A DNA stretch of 64,000 bases from Hypanus sabinus (lineage: Eukaryota), in assembly GCF_030144855.1 (NCBI RefSeq), contig NC_082706.1, forward strand, positions 44,454,001-44,518,000, read 5' to 3'. Shown here piece after piece: positions 48,241 to 60,300 of the stretch. Position 1 is the first letter of the stretch; every line of letters begins with the position of its first letter. The notes beneath the pieces were generated by a model. That model was not told where the DNA came from. It ran no database searches and was given only the letters and a program-made list of their open reading frames with translations. Position numbers and translations under genes: made by a program.

Positions 48241-48344
48241 AACAAGGTGCCAGAAGCTGTTGTTGTGGCAGGGATATTAACAATGTATGTACAGGAACAT
48301 GGAGGGGAGATGTGTAGAAGGACATGGGACAGAGGTGACCAAAT

Positions 48345-48470
48345 GTCCAGATGAAGGCTCACGGCCCAAAATGTTTATTCCCCTCCAGAGATGCTTGCTG
48401 ACCTGCTGAGTTCATTCAGCATTTTGTGTGTGTTACTCAAGATTTCCAGCATCTGCAGAATCTCTTGTGC
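48345..48470 (+). mobile_element. Penelope-like pLTR fragment with decayed hammerhead-like motif
   Basis: CCAGATGAAGGCTCACGGCCCAAAA followed by GACCTGCTGAGTTC...CAGCATCTGCAGAATCTC. Confidence 0.6.
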
Positions 48471-48678
48471 TTGTGAATAATTTTGAAGGGAATCTTGGTC
48501 AGCAGGAACAATTTGGGCTGAAGGGCCTGTTTATGTGTTGTATGACTCTGGCTCTTTCAGCTAACCAGTCGGACACACAGCCCAGCCCCCTACTCAGCCC
48601 TGAGTACCCTGGTTAGTGTCACACCAGCCAGACTAGAGGAAAATCAGGGATTTGCTGCCCCAGCTGCTGCTGATTTAC

Positions 48679-48733
48679 CTTGAAGAAGTGGTAGGAGGAA
48701 GTACACCTTTCCGATTGTTCTCAGATCCAGCAT
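48679..48733 (-). CDS. Siglec-like gene, single leader (signal peptide) exon (MLDLRTIGKVYFLLPLLQ|A)
   Basis: Acceptor ctactttctttttcag before 48758; ATG at 48733-48731; 55 nt ending in phase 1 at CAAG|gtaaat; joins the V exons in frame to give ...LLPLLQAAVSKEW. Confidence 0.85.
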
Positions 48734-49339
48734 ATTCTGTCAGTTTTCCGCCCTTAGACTGAAAAAGAAAGTAGTTACAATGAATCTCCAGCAAACTGTC
48801 ATGCTTCCAACATCAGTGTGAGGGACAAGAATATTTCCAGACTGTTCCATGCTATTCCCATCAGTGATCCCAAACACTTCTAATTTATTCATTTTTAATG
48901 TTGTACTGGGCATTTTAAAGGGGGCTTTGAAAACAAGGACACATGAAAGAGGAACTGGGCCCCAGTGAACCAGAAGGGAACAGGAAACTGACACAAAGTG
49001 GTGAAGGAGGTGTTTGGTACATTGGACATATCGGTCAGGACAGTGAGAACTAACGTTAGAACGTTATCTTAAAACTGTTCAATGTGTTGGTAGACAAACC
49101 TTGGAGCATTTTTCTGTTGTTCTCGTCACCCAGCTGAGGAGGGTGTCATTAAGCTGAAGAGAATGCAGGAAAGATGTTACTGGGATTAGAGGGTTTGAGT
49201 TATAAGGAGAGACTGGACAGTTTTCCTGAAAGAGACGACGTTATTAATGATTAAAAACCATGAGGGGAAGAATTGTAAGTAGGCTCTATTGAGGATCATA
49301 GTCCAAATTTAATTGAGTGGGTTGCAGAACTATGAAACT

Positions 49340-49800
49340 TTATTTACATCATAAAAACACAAGGTACGGGCATTCAGTATTTACCAGACAGTGAGACCAC
49401 TCTGTTTAAAACATGGTTACTACCATCTATAGACAATGAATACCCCAGGGCCCACCACCCCCAGAAATTCCCCAATGTGCCCATTGTGACTGTATGCTCC
49501 CTCTTCAAGGACAGCCAGGCATGAACTGATCCTTGGAAAAGGGGCAGACAGTCAGCCCCGGGAGTGCTCCCCACTTTCCGCCACCTCCACTCGTGAATTG
49601 CCATCAAGGCCAGGCCCAGGACCAAGCCCACCAGAGATCCTTCTCATGAACAATCTGCTTCTGAACTGGGTGCCCATACCTGTGGAGCGTGGGACTAAAA
49701 CACAGCCAGAACCTCAGCAGCAGCTCTTTTAGAAACACAAACTGGGGCGGCAACCTCTCACATTCCGTGTACACGTGGTACACTGACCTCTCCACTCGCA
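49340..49800 (-). mobile_element. Tx1-type L1 ORF2 C-terminal fragment
   Basis: VYHVYTECERL...KELLLRFWLCFSPTL...GHPV. Confidence 0.75.
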
Positions 49801-50189
49801 GAATGGTCTAGTGGATGGGATGTCAGTAAAACTGCTCAAGAATCTGCAGTACAGGACTGCGAAGACAACACCTACCCCACCTCAGAACTGTCCCTCTGAC
49901 AGTGGGACAGTCCTTCATTTCTATTTCTATGACTCGAATAATGTTCCCTTTTCCCTCTCACTGCTCACTTGAAGTGCAAAGCTCATTACATGGGTCGAGT
50001 GCGGGGTAGATTTAGCAGGATGTTGAGCAGACTCAAGGGAGTGAGTTATTGAGGAAAGGTGTGTCTTTTGGGATTTATTGTTTGGCGCCTGGGAGAATGT
50101 GGGCATCTTCTGAAGGTATATAAAATCATGAGAATCAGAGATAGGAGGAGTAAACCCAGTCTTTTAGCAGGACTACTGAAAGAAGACGT

Positions 50190-50760
50190 ACAAAAAAAGT
50201 TGAATGAACTGAGCAGGTCGGGCAGCATCCTTTGAAAGGAGCAGTCAACGTTTCGGGTTGAGACCCTTCGTCAAGACTAAAGAAGGAGGGGGCAGGGGCC
50301 GTATAATGAAGGTAGGGGGAGGGTGGAAAACCAATCTGAGGAAAGATCAAGGGGTGGGAGAGGGGAAGCAGGGAGGGGATAGGCAGGACAGGTGAAGGAA
50401 TGTAAGGGGAACTATGGCTAGTAGCACTATGGCTAGTAGAAGAAGGCAGAACCATGAGAGAGGTGATAGGCAGCTAGAAGAGGAGACAGAGTGATGGTGG
50501 GATGGGGGAAGGGAGAGGGAGGGAATTCAGAGAAGTTGGAGAATTCGATGTTCGTACCAAGGGGCTGGAGACTACCCAGACGGTATATGAGGTGTTGCTC
50601 CTCCAACCTGAGTTTGGCCTCATCATGGCAGTAGAGGAGGGCATGTATGGACATATTCGAATGGGAATGTGAAGGAGACTGCTCCTTTCAACGGATGCTG
50701 CCCGATCTGCTGAGCTTATCCAGCTTTTTCGTACATCTTAATTTGACCACAGCATCTGCA
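50190..50760 (-). mobile_element. Penelope-like element 3' end (GIY-YIG C-terminus and pLTR)
   Basis: ORF 50433-50654 LLYCHDEAKLRLEEQHLIYRLGSLQPLGTNIEFSNF, then a pyrimidine-rich spacer and the pLTR. Confidence 0.85.
50242..50279 (-). ncRNA. Minimal type I hammerhead-ribozyme-like motif in the Penelope pLTR
   Basis: Minus strand: UAGUC UUGACGA A GGGU-CUCA-ACCC GAA ACGU U GACUG; stems I and II pair; U3 and an extra A are non-canonical. Confidence 0.65.
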
Positions 50761-51130
50761 GTGCACTTTGTGTTTACTGCTCAATTAAGAACCAGAAGGC
50801 TCCTGTTTCAGGTAAGTGGGGAGAGATTTAATGGAGTCTGAAGAAACAACTTGTTCTGTCAGTTTGTGCTCTGTACCTGGAACAGGCTGACAGAGAAAGT
50901 TCTTGAGTCCGTACAATTACATTTATAATGCATTTAGGCAGATACAGGGATCAGAAAGTTTTAAAAGGATATGGGAAAGAATCAAACAAATGGGACTGGC
51001 TTAGTCAACATACATTGGATGGGCTGAATGGCCTGTTCCTGTGCTGTTTGATTCGACCATCGTTCGACAGTGTGACACTCTTTGAGCACTGACTCTGCGG
51101 TGGTTTGTCTGATGTGTGACACAGTCCACT

Positions 51131-51285
51131 GAGGTATGGTGGCATCGTGGTTAGCACAACACTTTACAGTACCAGTGACCAGGGTTCCATTCCCACTGCT
51201 CTCTGTAAGAAGTTTGTACATTCTGTGTGGCTTCCTCATACATCCAAAGACACACTGATTGGTAGGTTAATTGGTCATTCCAAAC
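51131..51285 (+). mobile_element. HE1-like V-SINE, partial
   Basis: GTGGTTAGCACAACACTTTACAGTACCAGTGACCAGGGTTCCATTCCC head, homologous to 5239-5486. Confidence 0.75.
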
Positions 51286-51329
51286 AGAAGAAAGGGAAGG
51301 AGGAGGGGCATTGGGAGGCAGGTGATTAG

Positions 51330-51760
51330 CACGAGGTAAGAGGGGAGCCGAAATAGGGAATGGATAAAGCGAGAACGGGTAAGGGAGAGAAATTTCTGGA
51401 AGTTAGAGACATCGATAATTTTGCCATCAGGTTGGAGGTTACCCAGATGAATATGAGGTGTGGCTCTTTCAACCTGAGTTTGGCCTCATTGTGACAGTAG
51501 AGGTGGCCATGGACAGACATGTCAGAATGGGAATGGGTATTGAACTGGGTCACCGATGGAGGATCTGCCTTTTGCAGTGGATGGAGTGAATATGTTCAAC
51601 AGAACAGTCCCTCAATCTGTGTCGGGTCTTACTGATGTAGAGCAGTCCAGACCGAGAGCATCGAATACAGTCGATGACCCTGACGGAACCTCAGGTGAAG
51701 TGATGTGACACGTGGAAGGACTGCTTGGGGCCTTGAATGATGGAGAGGAAAGAGGGTGCT
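51330..51760 (-). mobile_element. Penelope-like endonuclease fragment
   Basis: HGHLYCHNEAKLRLKEPHLIF and upstream GIY-YIG-like pieces. Confidence 0.75.
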
Positions 51761-51799
51761 GGGCAGGTGGGAGTAGGGCAGGTGTAGTATCTGCCCCTC

Positions 51800-52100
51800 C
51801 TTCCACTTTATTCTGGCTCCTGCCCCCTTATTTACCAATCCTGATGTAGGGTCTCGGCCCAAATATTCCCTCTTTATTCCTCTATACAGATGCTGACTGA
51901 CCTGCTGTGTTCCTCTAGTATGATGTGTGTACTGACGATCTTTATTACCACTCCCCACCACCCCCCCAATCTCAGTCCGGATTCAGGGTCTCAACCCAAA
52001 ACATCTACGATTCCTTTCCTGCCACAGACCTGCTGACCCACTGAGTTCCTCCTGTGGTTGTTTGTTGCTCCAGATTCCCACATCTGCCGTCCTTTGTGTC
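51800..52100 (+). mobile_element. Two tandem Penelope-like pLTR fragments with decayed hammerhead-like cores
   Basis: CTGATGTAGGGTCTCGGCCCAAA at 51841 and CAGTCCGGATTCAGGGTCTCAACCCAAAAC at 51973, each followed by the CTGCTG...TTCCTC motif. Confidence 0.65.
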
Positions 52101-52668
52101 TCCAGAGGCCGGAGGTCAGTCGGTGTGCAAACGACATGTAAATTGACGATGTTGTGATTAGCAGGGAAGTGTGTCAAATGTTGCCACAGGGCAAAGTGCA
52201 GGTGAAAAGTTCGGTGATGCCATGGCAGATGGAATTTAACCTGAACAAGTGTGAAGTGATGAATTTTGGAAAGTCAATGCCGACACTAAATAGTGGGGCC
52301 ACAAGGAAAAGTGACAAGCAGAGAATTTTCAACAATACTAGAGAATCTCAGCAAATCTCACAGAATGTCTGACTCATTGAGTTCCTTCAGCATTTTCTGT
52401 GTGTTGCTCAAAACTTTCCCTCATCTGTAGAATGGTTTGTGTTTAAAAGCAGCGACTCTGAGACCACTGTTGTCTGACAGCAGTAACACAGGTGGATGGG
52501 ATGGTGAAAGAGAAGACAGTATACTCCCCTTCATGGGTCAGTGTGCACAGTATCAGAGTTGGGATGATATGTTGCAATGTTACAAGCCACTGGTCAGACT
52601 GCAGTAGGAGAAATGCGTGCAGTTACGGTCATTGCATTATACAGAGGAAGTTATATTTTCTTTTTTTA

Positions 52669-52699
<31 letters not shown>

Positions 52700-53360
52700 C
52701 TCTCCCTCCCTCTCCCTCCTCTCTCCCACGCTCTCACCTGCTCACTCTGTAGGGTGAGGACAAGGGGTGACCTCATAGGAATAGAATGCAAGGAGAAGCA
52801 CAGAGAGGAGCATTCAGTAGATTACCTCCTGGGTTGGAAGGCATTTACTGAGATATAGGGCTTGCTTTCTGTCTTTCTTTTCTCTCTCTCACTCTCTCCT
52901 GTCCCCTCCCCCCCTTCCCATTCCCTCTCTCTTTCTGCCCCTCTAGCCCATTCTCTCACCCTCTCACTCTCTGGAGTGAAGGAGGACAAGGGGTGACATG
53001 ATAAGAATAGAATGCTAGGAGAGGCACAGAGAGGGTTGATCACTAGAATGTATTTTTGTCATGGTGAGGTGTCAGCAATGAGAGGATGCAGGGTGAAGGT
53101 GCCAACGAGGGGTTTCAAACGGGGTCTGAGAAGAAATTACTTTCTGCCGGTTTAGTTTAGAGTGAATTGTCAGAGGTGCCCCAGGCTGATACATTCAGTA
53201 TATTTAAGAGGCATTGGAACAGGCACAATAATGGGAAGGAACAGAAGGATACAGACCTAAAGTGGCAAAAGGGCAGACGAGACAGCAGGAGTGTGGAGGG
53301 CTGGAGAGCCCATTGCTGTCCTGGATAAAGCCGGGAACTGAGAACCACAACCAAGTCCAC

Positions 53361-53512
53361 CAATGATCGGACTCTGTACAGCATCCCACCGCCACTAAAC
53401 AGGACGTAGAACCCCAAACATTGCATCAATGATCAGACTCTGTACAGCATCCCACCACCATTAAACAGGACGTAGAACCCCAAAAATTGCATCAATGATC
53501 AGACTCTGTACA
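53361..53512. repeat. 66-bp tandem repeat, 2.3 copies
   Basis: CAATGATCRGACTCTGTACA... starts at 53361, 53427 and 53493. Confidence 0.92.
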
Positions 53513-53568
53513 ATGTCTCACATTCACCAGTTCTTGCCAGAGTTGGCTACAAGCATGGAATTACATAC

Positions 53569-53710
53569 CCAGGATCAGTCCACTGCTCGTCTCCAGAGTT
53601 AATCAGACACTTCAGGAGTCACTGCCCCCTCCTGCAGCAGCTGCACTGTGTGGATAAAATTGTTGAAGAGAACACTTAAATGAGGAAAGGGAAACAAAAT
53701 GAGGAAGTAT
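53569..53710 (-). promoter_or_regulatory. Putative non-coding exon 1 and Ets/PU.1-type promoter of the Siglec-like gene
   Basis: Strong minus-strand donor TGG|GTATGT at 53568; AAAATGAGGAAGT (53696-53708) and AAATGAGGAAAGG (53678-53690) just upstream; the leader exon has a 5' acceptor that needs an upstream exon. Confidence 0.5.
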
Positions 53711-54941
53711 TCACAAATGATTAACCCATTCAATCCAACAGTGAATTTATTGTTGCTTAGCCTAGTGACTGCTGCACTGTGGGATAGGACAGGCAGAGCC
53801 CTCCCTCTCTCTGTAACCCCACTCTGGACCACACACCCCTCCCTGTCTCTGCAACTCGACCCCCTCTGGACCAGTTGTCTCATTCAAATTTCAGAGTCTC
53901 TTGATCAATAAATAGGGAGGATGAGGGGAATCCAGCTGATCGTTTTGAAAAGGCAAGTGATGCGAGACCACGTCAGGATTGAAGGTGCAGCCCAGTTGGT
54001 TAATTGGCCATTTTAAACCATTCTGACCGTACAGTTATTCAGTACAGTCTGAGAGGAACTGATAGGAATTTACTGTGGGTGTTGGGATCACCCCAGAAAC
54101 TATAGATTCACTTTCAAGGACTTTTCATCTCATGTTCTTTTCATTTATTTTTTTTCTCTTTTGTATTTGCAGTTTGTTCTCTTTGCACACTGCTTGATTG
54201 TCCGTCCTTTTGGGTGTGACATTTCATTGATTCCATTGTGGTTCTTAGATTATCTATGAAATTCAATCCCTGGGTTGTGTATGGTGACACATATATACTT
54301 TGATATTAAATTTATTTTAGCTTTGCACTTTTGAAGTGCATTCCCTTTATGAATAAATGTTAATGACTGGAACTTGGGCACCAATTGGAATTTTTAAGCT
54401 AACAGATGAAACAGACTTGGAGAAGGGAGTGGATCGAGCAGGAGATCATGGGAAACATCAAGGAGCTAAATATAGAACAGGGAGGCAGCAGAAAAAGGAG
54501 AGGCGTTGGTTTTCACTGAGAAAGGAGAAGTGCTAAACGCAGAAAGGAAGAAAGAAAACAGGATGCAATTTTGCAGTCAATATAGGGGAAAGACATGGGG
54601 AAAGTGTGCTTACATCAAGGCAGGGCAAAGAAGTGGTTAGAGAAATGTTTCGAATAGAGACAGAACCCAGAGATCACTTTAATCAGAGGGTGGTGAATCT
54701 GTGCAATTCATTGCCCCAGACTGCTGTGGGGTCCAAGTCATAGAATATAGTTAAAGCAGAGGTTGATATGTTCTTGATTAGGGTGTCGATGGTTATGGGA
54801 AGGCAGGAGAATGGGGTTGAGAGAGATAATAAATCAGTCACGATGGAATGACCGAGCAGACTCAATGGGCCGAATGGTCTATTTCTGCTTCTCTGTCTTA
54901 TGGACTTATGGTCACAATGAATTATTCCGAAAAGCCTCGTA

Positions 54942-55020
54942 CAGGGGTTCCAAACTTTTTTTATTCCATGGACCCCTACTATTAACCAAGAGTCCACAGA
55001 CCCCAGGTTGGGAACCCCTG
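54942..55020. mobile_element. 79-bp hAT-type MITE
   Basis: TIRs CAGGGGTTCCAAAC / GGTTGGGAACCCCTG; no matching 8-bp TSD. Confidence 0.65.
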
Positions 55021-55739
55021 GTCTGGTGTTTAGTCTGGTCATCACATTTTGGGGAAAAAGTCAGTGTGTGTGTGGTAGAGATGAATTGAAATTATTCTAG
55101 GTTCAGGGAGTTCAATTCTGCGGGTTGATTGGAGAATGATTCTCTGGTCATGAGGGTGGAAAATTGGAAAAACAAATGCTAAGAACTAAACACAAGGCTC
55201 AACGATCCTCAGTGGATAACTGCACACCCTCCAGCACACTCATACATCAAACCGCTGGTTACACATCCACAGGGACAAGCAATAATTTTAACCTTCACAG
55301 TTTTGGGTTCAGTTTCATCGTGAACTTCCTTCTCTATTTGAATCATAGAAAACATTCTGACCGGATGCGTCACGGCTTGGTACAGTAACCGCTCTGTCTG
55401 TGACCGCAAGAAACTTCACATCACGGAAACAAGCCTCCCCTCCATGGCCTCTGCCTACACTTCCTGCTGCCTGAGTAAAGCAGCCAGCATTGTCAAAACC
55501 CCCACACACCCCGGACACTCTCACCTCTCCCCTTCTCTCATCAAGTGAAGTCAAGTTTATTGTCATTTAATTATATGCATGTCAAACAATACAATGTTTC
55601 TCTGGACCAAAGAGTAAAGCACAGTAGTACACATAACATACATGTAGACATGTAAAAGGATAAAATCTATAGATGTATTAAGCATAAATGAACAAAGTAA
55701 ATTTTATAAATTAAATATTATAAGGCACAGACACACTTG

Positions 55740-56400
55740 CTGGTGACACTTTGAATGCGATACCGCAGGGAGTTCAGAAGCCTCTCTGCACTCCAACTCA
55801 TCATCGCTGTTGATGAGGCCAACCAATGTTGTGTCATCTCCAAACTAGTTGACGCGGTTTGGGTCACGGGTCAGGAGTGTGAATTCCAGTGGTCTGGGCA
55901 CACAGCCCTGGAGAGTACCCGTGCTCAGTGTAATGGGACTAGAGACATTACTGCCTACACGGACTGACTATGGCCTTTCTGTTAGGAAGTCCAGGATCCA
56001 GTTACAGAGGAAGGAGTTAAGACCTGGGGAAATAGTTACCCCACTATTTCCTGGGGTATGATGGTGTTAAATGAAGTTTATAACAGCAGCCTGACATTTG
56101 AGATCCCATCTTCCAATTGGGGCAGCACAGAGTGGAGGGCAGAGGTCACTGATCATCAGAGGATCAATTCAAGCGATAATCAAACTGGAAAGGGTCCAAT
56201 GTGGCTGGGATCAAAGCTTTAATGTGTTCCATGACCAGGCACTCAAAACATTTCATAATGGTTGATGTTAAAGGTACCAGACAATAATAATTTAGACAGG
56301 TTACCATCATTTTCCTTAGAACTGGAATGAAAGTTGCCATCTTGAAAACCAAGGGAACAATGAACATTTCAGGAGAAATGTTGAATATATCATTAGCACC
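55740..56400 (-). mobile_element. Rex1/Babar-type LINE RT fragment
   Basis: FKMATFIPVLRK...LTSTIMKCFECLVMEHIK...LDPFQFDYR. Confidence 0.8.
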
Positions 56401-56499
56401 TCGGTTATCTGGGCTGCACAGTCTTGGACCCCGACCTGGTCTGTTTTCAGGCCCCGGAGCTTTCTGTGAGTTGACTTGGTCAGGGTCTTCCTCACCTCA

Positions 56500-57366
56500 G
56501 CTTACAGAACATCTGCTTTACTGGGGGAGTTGCCTGTGTCACCAAGTCTACTAATTCACCACCCTCTGGCTAAAGACATTTCTTCACATCTCTGTTTTAA
56601 CTGGGCTTTCCTCTATCCTGAGGCTGTGCTCTGTTGTCCTGCAGTCCCCACCATGGGAAACATCCTTTCCACATCTAATCCGTCTAGGACTTTCAATGTT
56701 CTAAATGTTTCAAAGAGATCCCCCGTCATACTTCTGAATTGCAACATGTACAGACCTTGAGCTATCAAACATTTCTTGTATGATAACCTTTAATTGGCAG
56801 AATCATATTTGTGAACATCCTTTAAGCCCTCTTTAATGCCAGCACATCTTTTCTTCAATGAGGAGCCCAAACTGTTTACAGTACTCAAGGCGGGGCCTCA
56901 CTAGTGCCTTATAAAGTCTCAGGATCACAACCCGCAGTTATATTCTAGAACTCTTGAAATAAATGCTAACATTGCATTTGTGCTCCTCAACACTGACTAT
57001 CTGCAGGGTAACCTTTGGGTGTTCTGCAGAAGGACTCCCCAGTCCCTTTACATCTCAGATATTTAGATTTTCTCCAAGTTTACAAAATAGTCTCCACATT
57101 TATTTCTACTACCAAAGTGCATAACCATGCATTTTCCAACATTGTATTTCATTTGACACTTTCTTGCCCATTCTTCTAATCCATATGTCTTTCTGTAGCC
57201 TTTCCACTTTCTCAAAATTACCTGCTCCTTCACCCATCGACATATTATCTGCAAACTTTGCAGCAAGGCCATCAATTTCATCATCTGAATCATTGAAATA
57301 TAATATAAAAAGAATCGGTCTCAACACAAACCCCTCTGGAACCAGCAGTTAACCAGAAAAGGCTCC
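56500..57366 (-). mobile_element. CR1 LINE RT/3' fragment (target of the Gypsy insertion)
   Basis: KFADNM...WARKCQMKYNVGKCMVMHFG. Confidence 0.85.
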
Positions 57367-60300
57367 TGTCAGTACCTCCAGTTGAACTCTGTCTTTTTGT
57401 GTGTTTCCCCCTAGATGTCAGTCTGGATTTTGTATTACCATGTGCTCCTGTTTGTTTTTATGCCTGATGTGCTCCTGTCCATGCCCCTGCTCTACTCTGG
57501 CCCCTGTATTACTGAGTACCCTGCCTCTCACCTGTTTGTCATTATTACCTATTTTGCTGCCACCTGTGTCTCATAGTGCTCCACCTATCATCTGCCTCTC
57601 TGTTTATTGTTCAGTGTATCTTGGTCCTATGTTTTCACCTGCTTGTTGCCAGATTGTGCCAGTGAATTTTCCTGTGCCTTTCCAGCATTCATGTCTGTAC
57701 TCTGTCAGTCTGAATATCAACTCTGCCTGTTTCCCGATTCTGGTTTTTGGATTTCTCTGGAATTTTTGATCTCTGCCTGAACTTTGATGCTGACTTTGTT
57801 GTTGCTCTGGATTTGTTACTCAGTAAATATCACAGTGTGCTCAGTACTGGGTCTGTGACTGGATCCCTGCTTCAGCGCCCTGACAGTACAATCTGGCCTG
57901 AATGGATCCAGCAGACCCCACTCGTCTGAGAGCTGCCCTGGAACAACAGGGAGTGATGCTGGGGAGGCACCAGAACCAGCTGGATTCCGTGCTCAGGGCA
58001 ATGGAGTCACTTTCTGCCAATGTTACCAATCTTGTGGCCCAGACTCAGTCACTCCAGGTGTCCAAGCGCACCCATCAACGTTCTGCGACTGCATCTGTGC
58101 CCTTCACGTTCTCGCATGCTCCTCCCATCTAAAAGCCCTGTCTGCCTCCTCCAGAAAAGCACTCAGGTGAGCCCAATACCTGCCGCTCTTTTCTTTCCCA
58201 GTGAACCTTCATTTTATAAATACAACCATCAACATTTCCAACTGATCATCACCCAAATGTCCGGTCGGGCAAGAGAATGGGGAACAGCCGCCTGCGAGGC
58301 AGACTCACTTTTCTGCAGTAATTTCCGGTTATTTTCTGAGAAGATGAGAAAAGTGTTTGATCGCTCCAAATGTGGGAGAGAGGCTGCCTGTGAAATGCTG
58401 CACATGCACCAGGAGCGCAGATCTGTGTCAGATCACGCCATAGAGTACCGGACCCTAGCCACCTCCAACGGCTGGAATTCCTGAACAGCCCCTCCGAAGA
58501 CATCAAAGGTGAGCTGGTCACCCTGGACCTTCCTGCCACCTTTGAAGCCCTGGTGGATTTGGCAAACATCTGGATTGATGTTTGCCTTTAGCAGCGCCAC
58601 AGACGGAGGGGTTCCAGAGTGTCACTGGGGGGAACTGGATGATTTAAAAGCTCCTTGTCAGTCTACATTGCCTTGCTGTTTGCCCCCATCTACAATTCCC
58701 GTTCCAGAACCTGTCATGTTGACTGTACCAGCCTGATACTGACTGAAAGACAATCAGCATCCGCTGATACTGTGGCCAACTAGACCACTTCATCTCCACC
58801 TGCCCAGTAAAAGCCAAGCGCTCACCAGTAGGACGAGGAGTACTGGTGAGTGTGACCCCTGTCTGTCCCTCCTCAGCACCACTCACTCTCATACCTGCTT
58901 CTCTGGAGTGGGGTGTCCAACGGCGAGCAGTCTCCGTCTTGGTCGATTCTGCTGCAGAGGTTTTATCGATTCCGGCTTGGCTGCCTAGTAGGGAATACCC
59001 ACGTCTGCTCTTCAGTCACCATTGTGAATGAAGTCATTGTTAAAAACCTTTACCCTCTTCTGCTCAAGACCTTCAGTTTTCACTAAGCTTGATCACTGTA
59101 ATGCCTAACATCTTGTCCGCATCTGCAAATGTGATGAATGGAATAAGGCCTTCTACACCACTTCAGGCCATTATGAGTATCTGGTCATAGCATTTGGTCT
59201 CACCTATACCCCCGCCATGTTCCAAGCCCTTGTAAATGATGTTCTTGGGGAAATGCTGAACCAATTTGTTTTTGTGTATCTCGACAACATTTTGATTTCT
59301 TTTTCTAAGTCTCTTTCTGAACACACAGGTCATGTCCATAGAGTTCTCCAGCACCTTCTGCTGAACCAGCTCTTTGTGAAAGCTGAGAAATGTGAGTTTC
59401 ATCACAATACACTCTCCTTCCTGGGGTATGTAATTTGAGGTGGTTCCATTCAGATGGACCAACAGAATCTCAAGACAGTTGTGAAATGGCCCCAACCTTC
59501 GGCTTGTTGGGTCCTGCAACACTCCCTGGGCTTTGCTAACTTTTATCGCCACTTCATCATAAATTACAGTACACTGGCTGCTCCACTCACTTCATCTGCT
59601 GTCAGATTCTCTTGATCCCCTGATGCTGAAAAAGCATTCTCTGACCTGATGTTTCACCTCTGCCCCCATCCTAATTCAACCTGACACTGCCTGGCGGTTC
59701 ATTGTGGAGGTGGATGCATCTGACATTGGCATAGGAGCTGTTCTCTCTCGGTACTTGACAAGGGTGAGAAGGTAAACCCCTGCGCCGCCTTCTCTCACTG
59801 CTCGACTCCCACGGAGCGGAATTACGATGTCAGAAACCAGGAGATGCTGGCTGTGAAGCTAGCTCTGGAGGTGTGAAAGCATTGGCTGCAGGGAGCTAAG
59901 GTGCCATTCTGAGTCTGGACTGATCACAAGAATCTGGAATATATCTGTACTGCCGAGCATCTCAACTCTTGTCCCTGTTTTGCTCAAGATTCAATTTTAC
60001 TGTCCATCTTCCCATTTGAAGGATGGAAAACCTGATGCCCTCTCCCAAAGATTTCCCTCCTCTGAGACCCCTGAGGTACCTGATGTCATCCTCCCTGCTC
60101 ACTGTCTTGTGGGTGCAGACCAGTGGGACATTGAATCCCTGGTGCACACTGCTCAACAGAGCGAGGCAGCCCCTAGTCATTGCCCCACTAACCGTGTTTA
60201 CCTGCCCAGCTCTGTCCACTCACAGGTATTGCAGTGGGGTCATTCTTCCCCGTTATCCTGTCACCTTGGAACCAGGCATATTCAGGCCTTCATTGTCCAT

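Noticed and set aside
52670-52990. Duplicated segment with CT microsatellites
   Set aside because: A local duplication of a decayed CR1 3' fragment; no further structure.
53699-53911. Plus-strand ORF with a signal-like stretch (LLLLSLVTAALW)
   Set aside because: No donor or downstream plus-strand exons were found; it overlaps the putative minus-strand promoter.
57902-58484. Domesticated PEG10/RTL1-like gag gene
   Set aside because: The gag is broken by stops and frameshifts and still sits between LTRs with a TSD.
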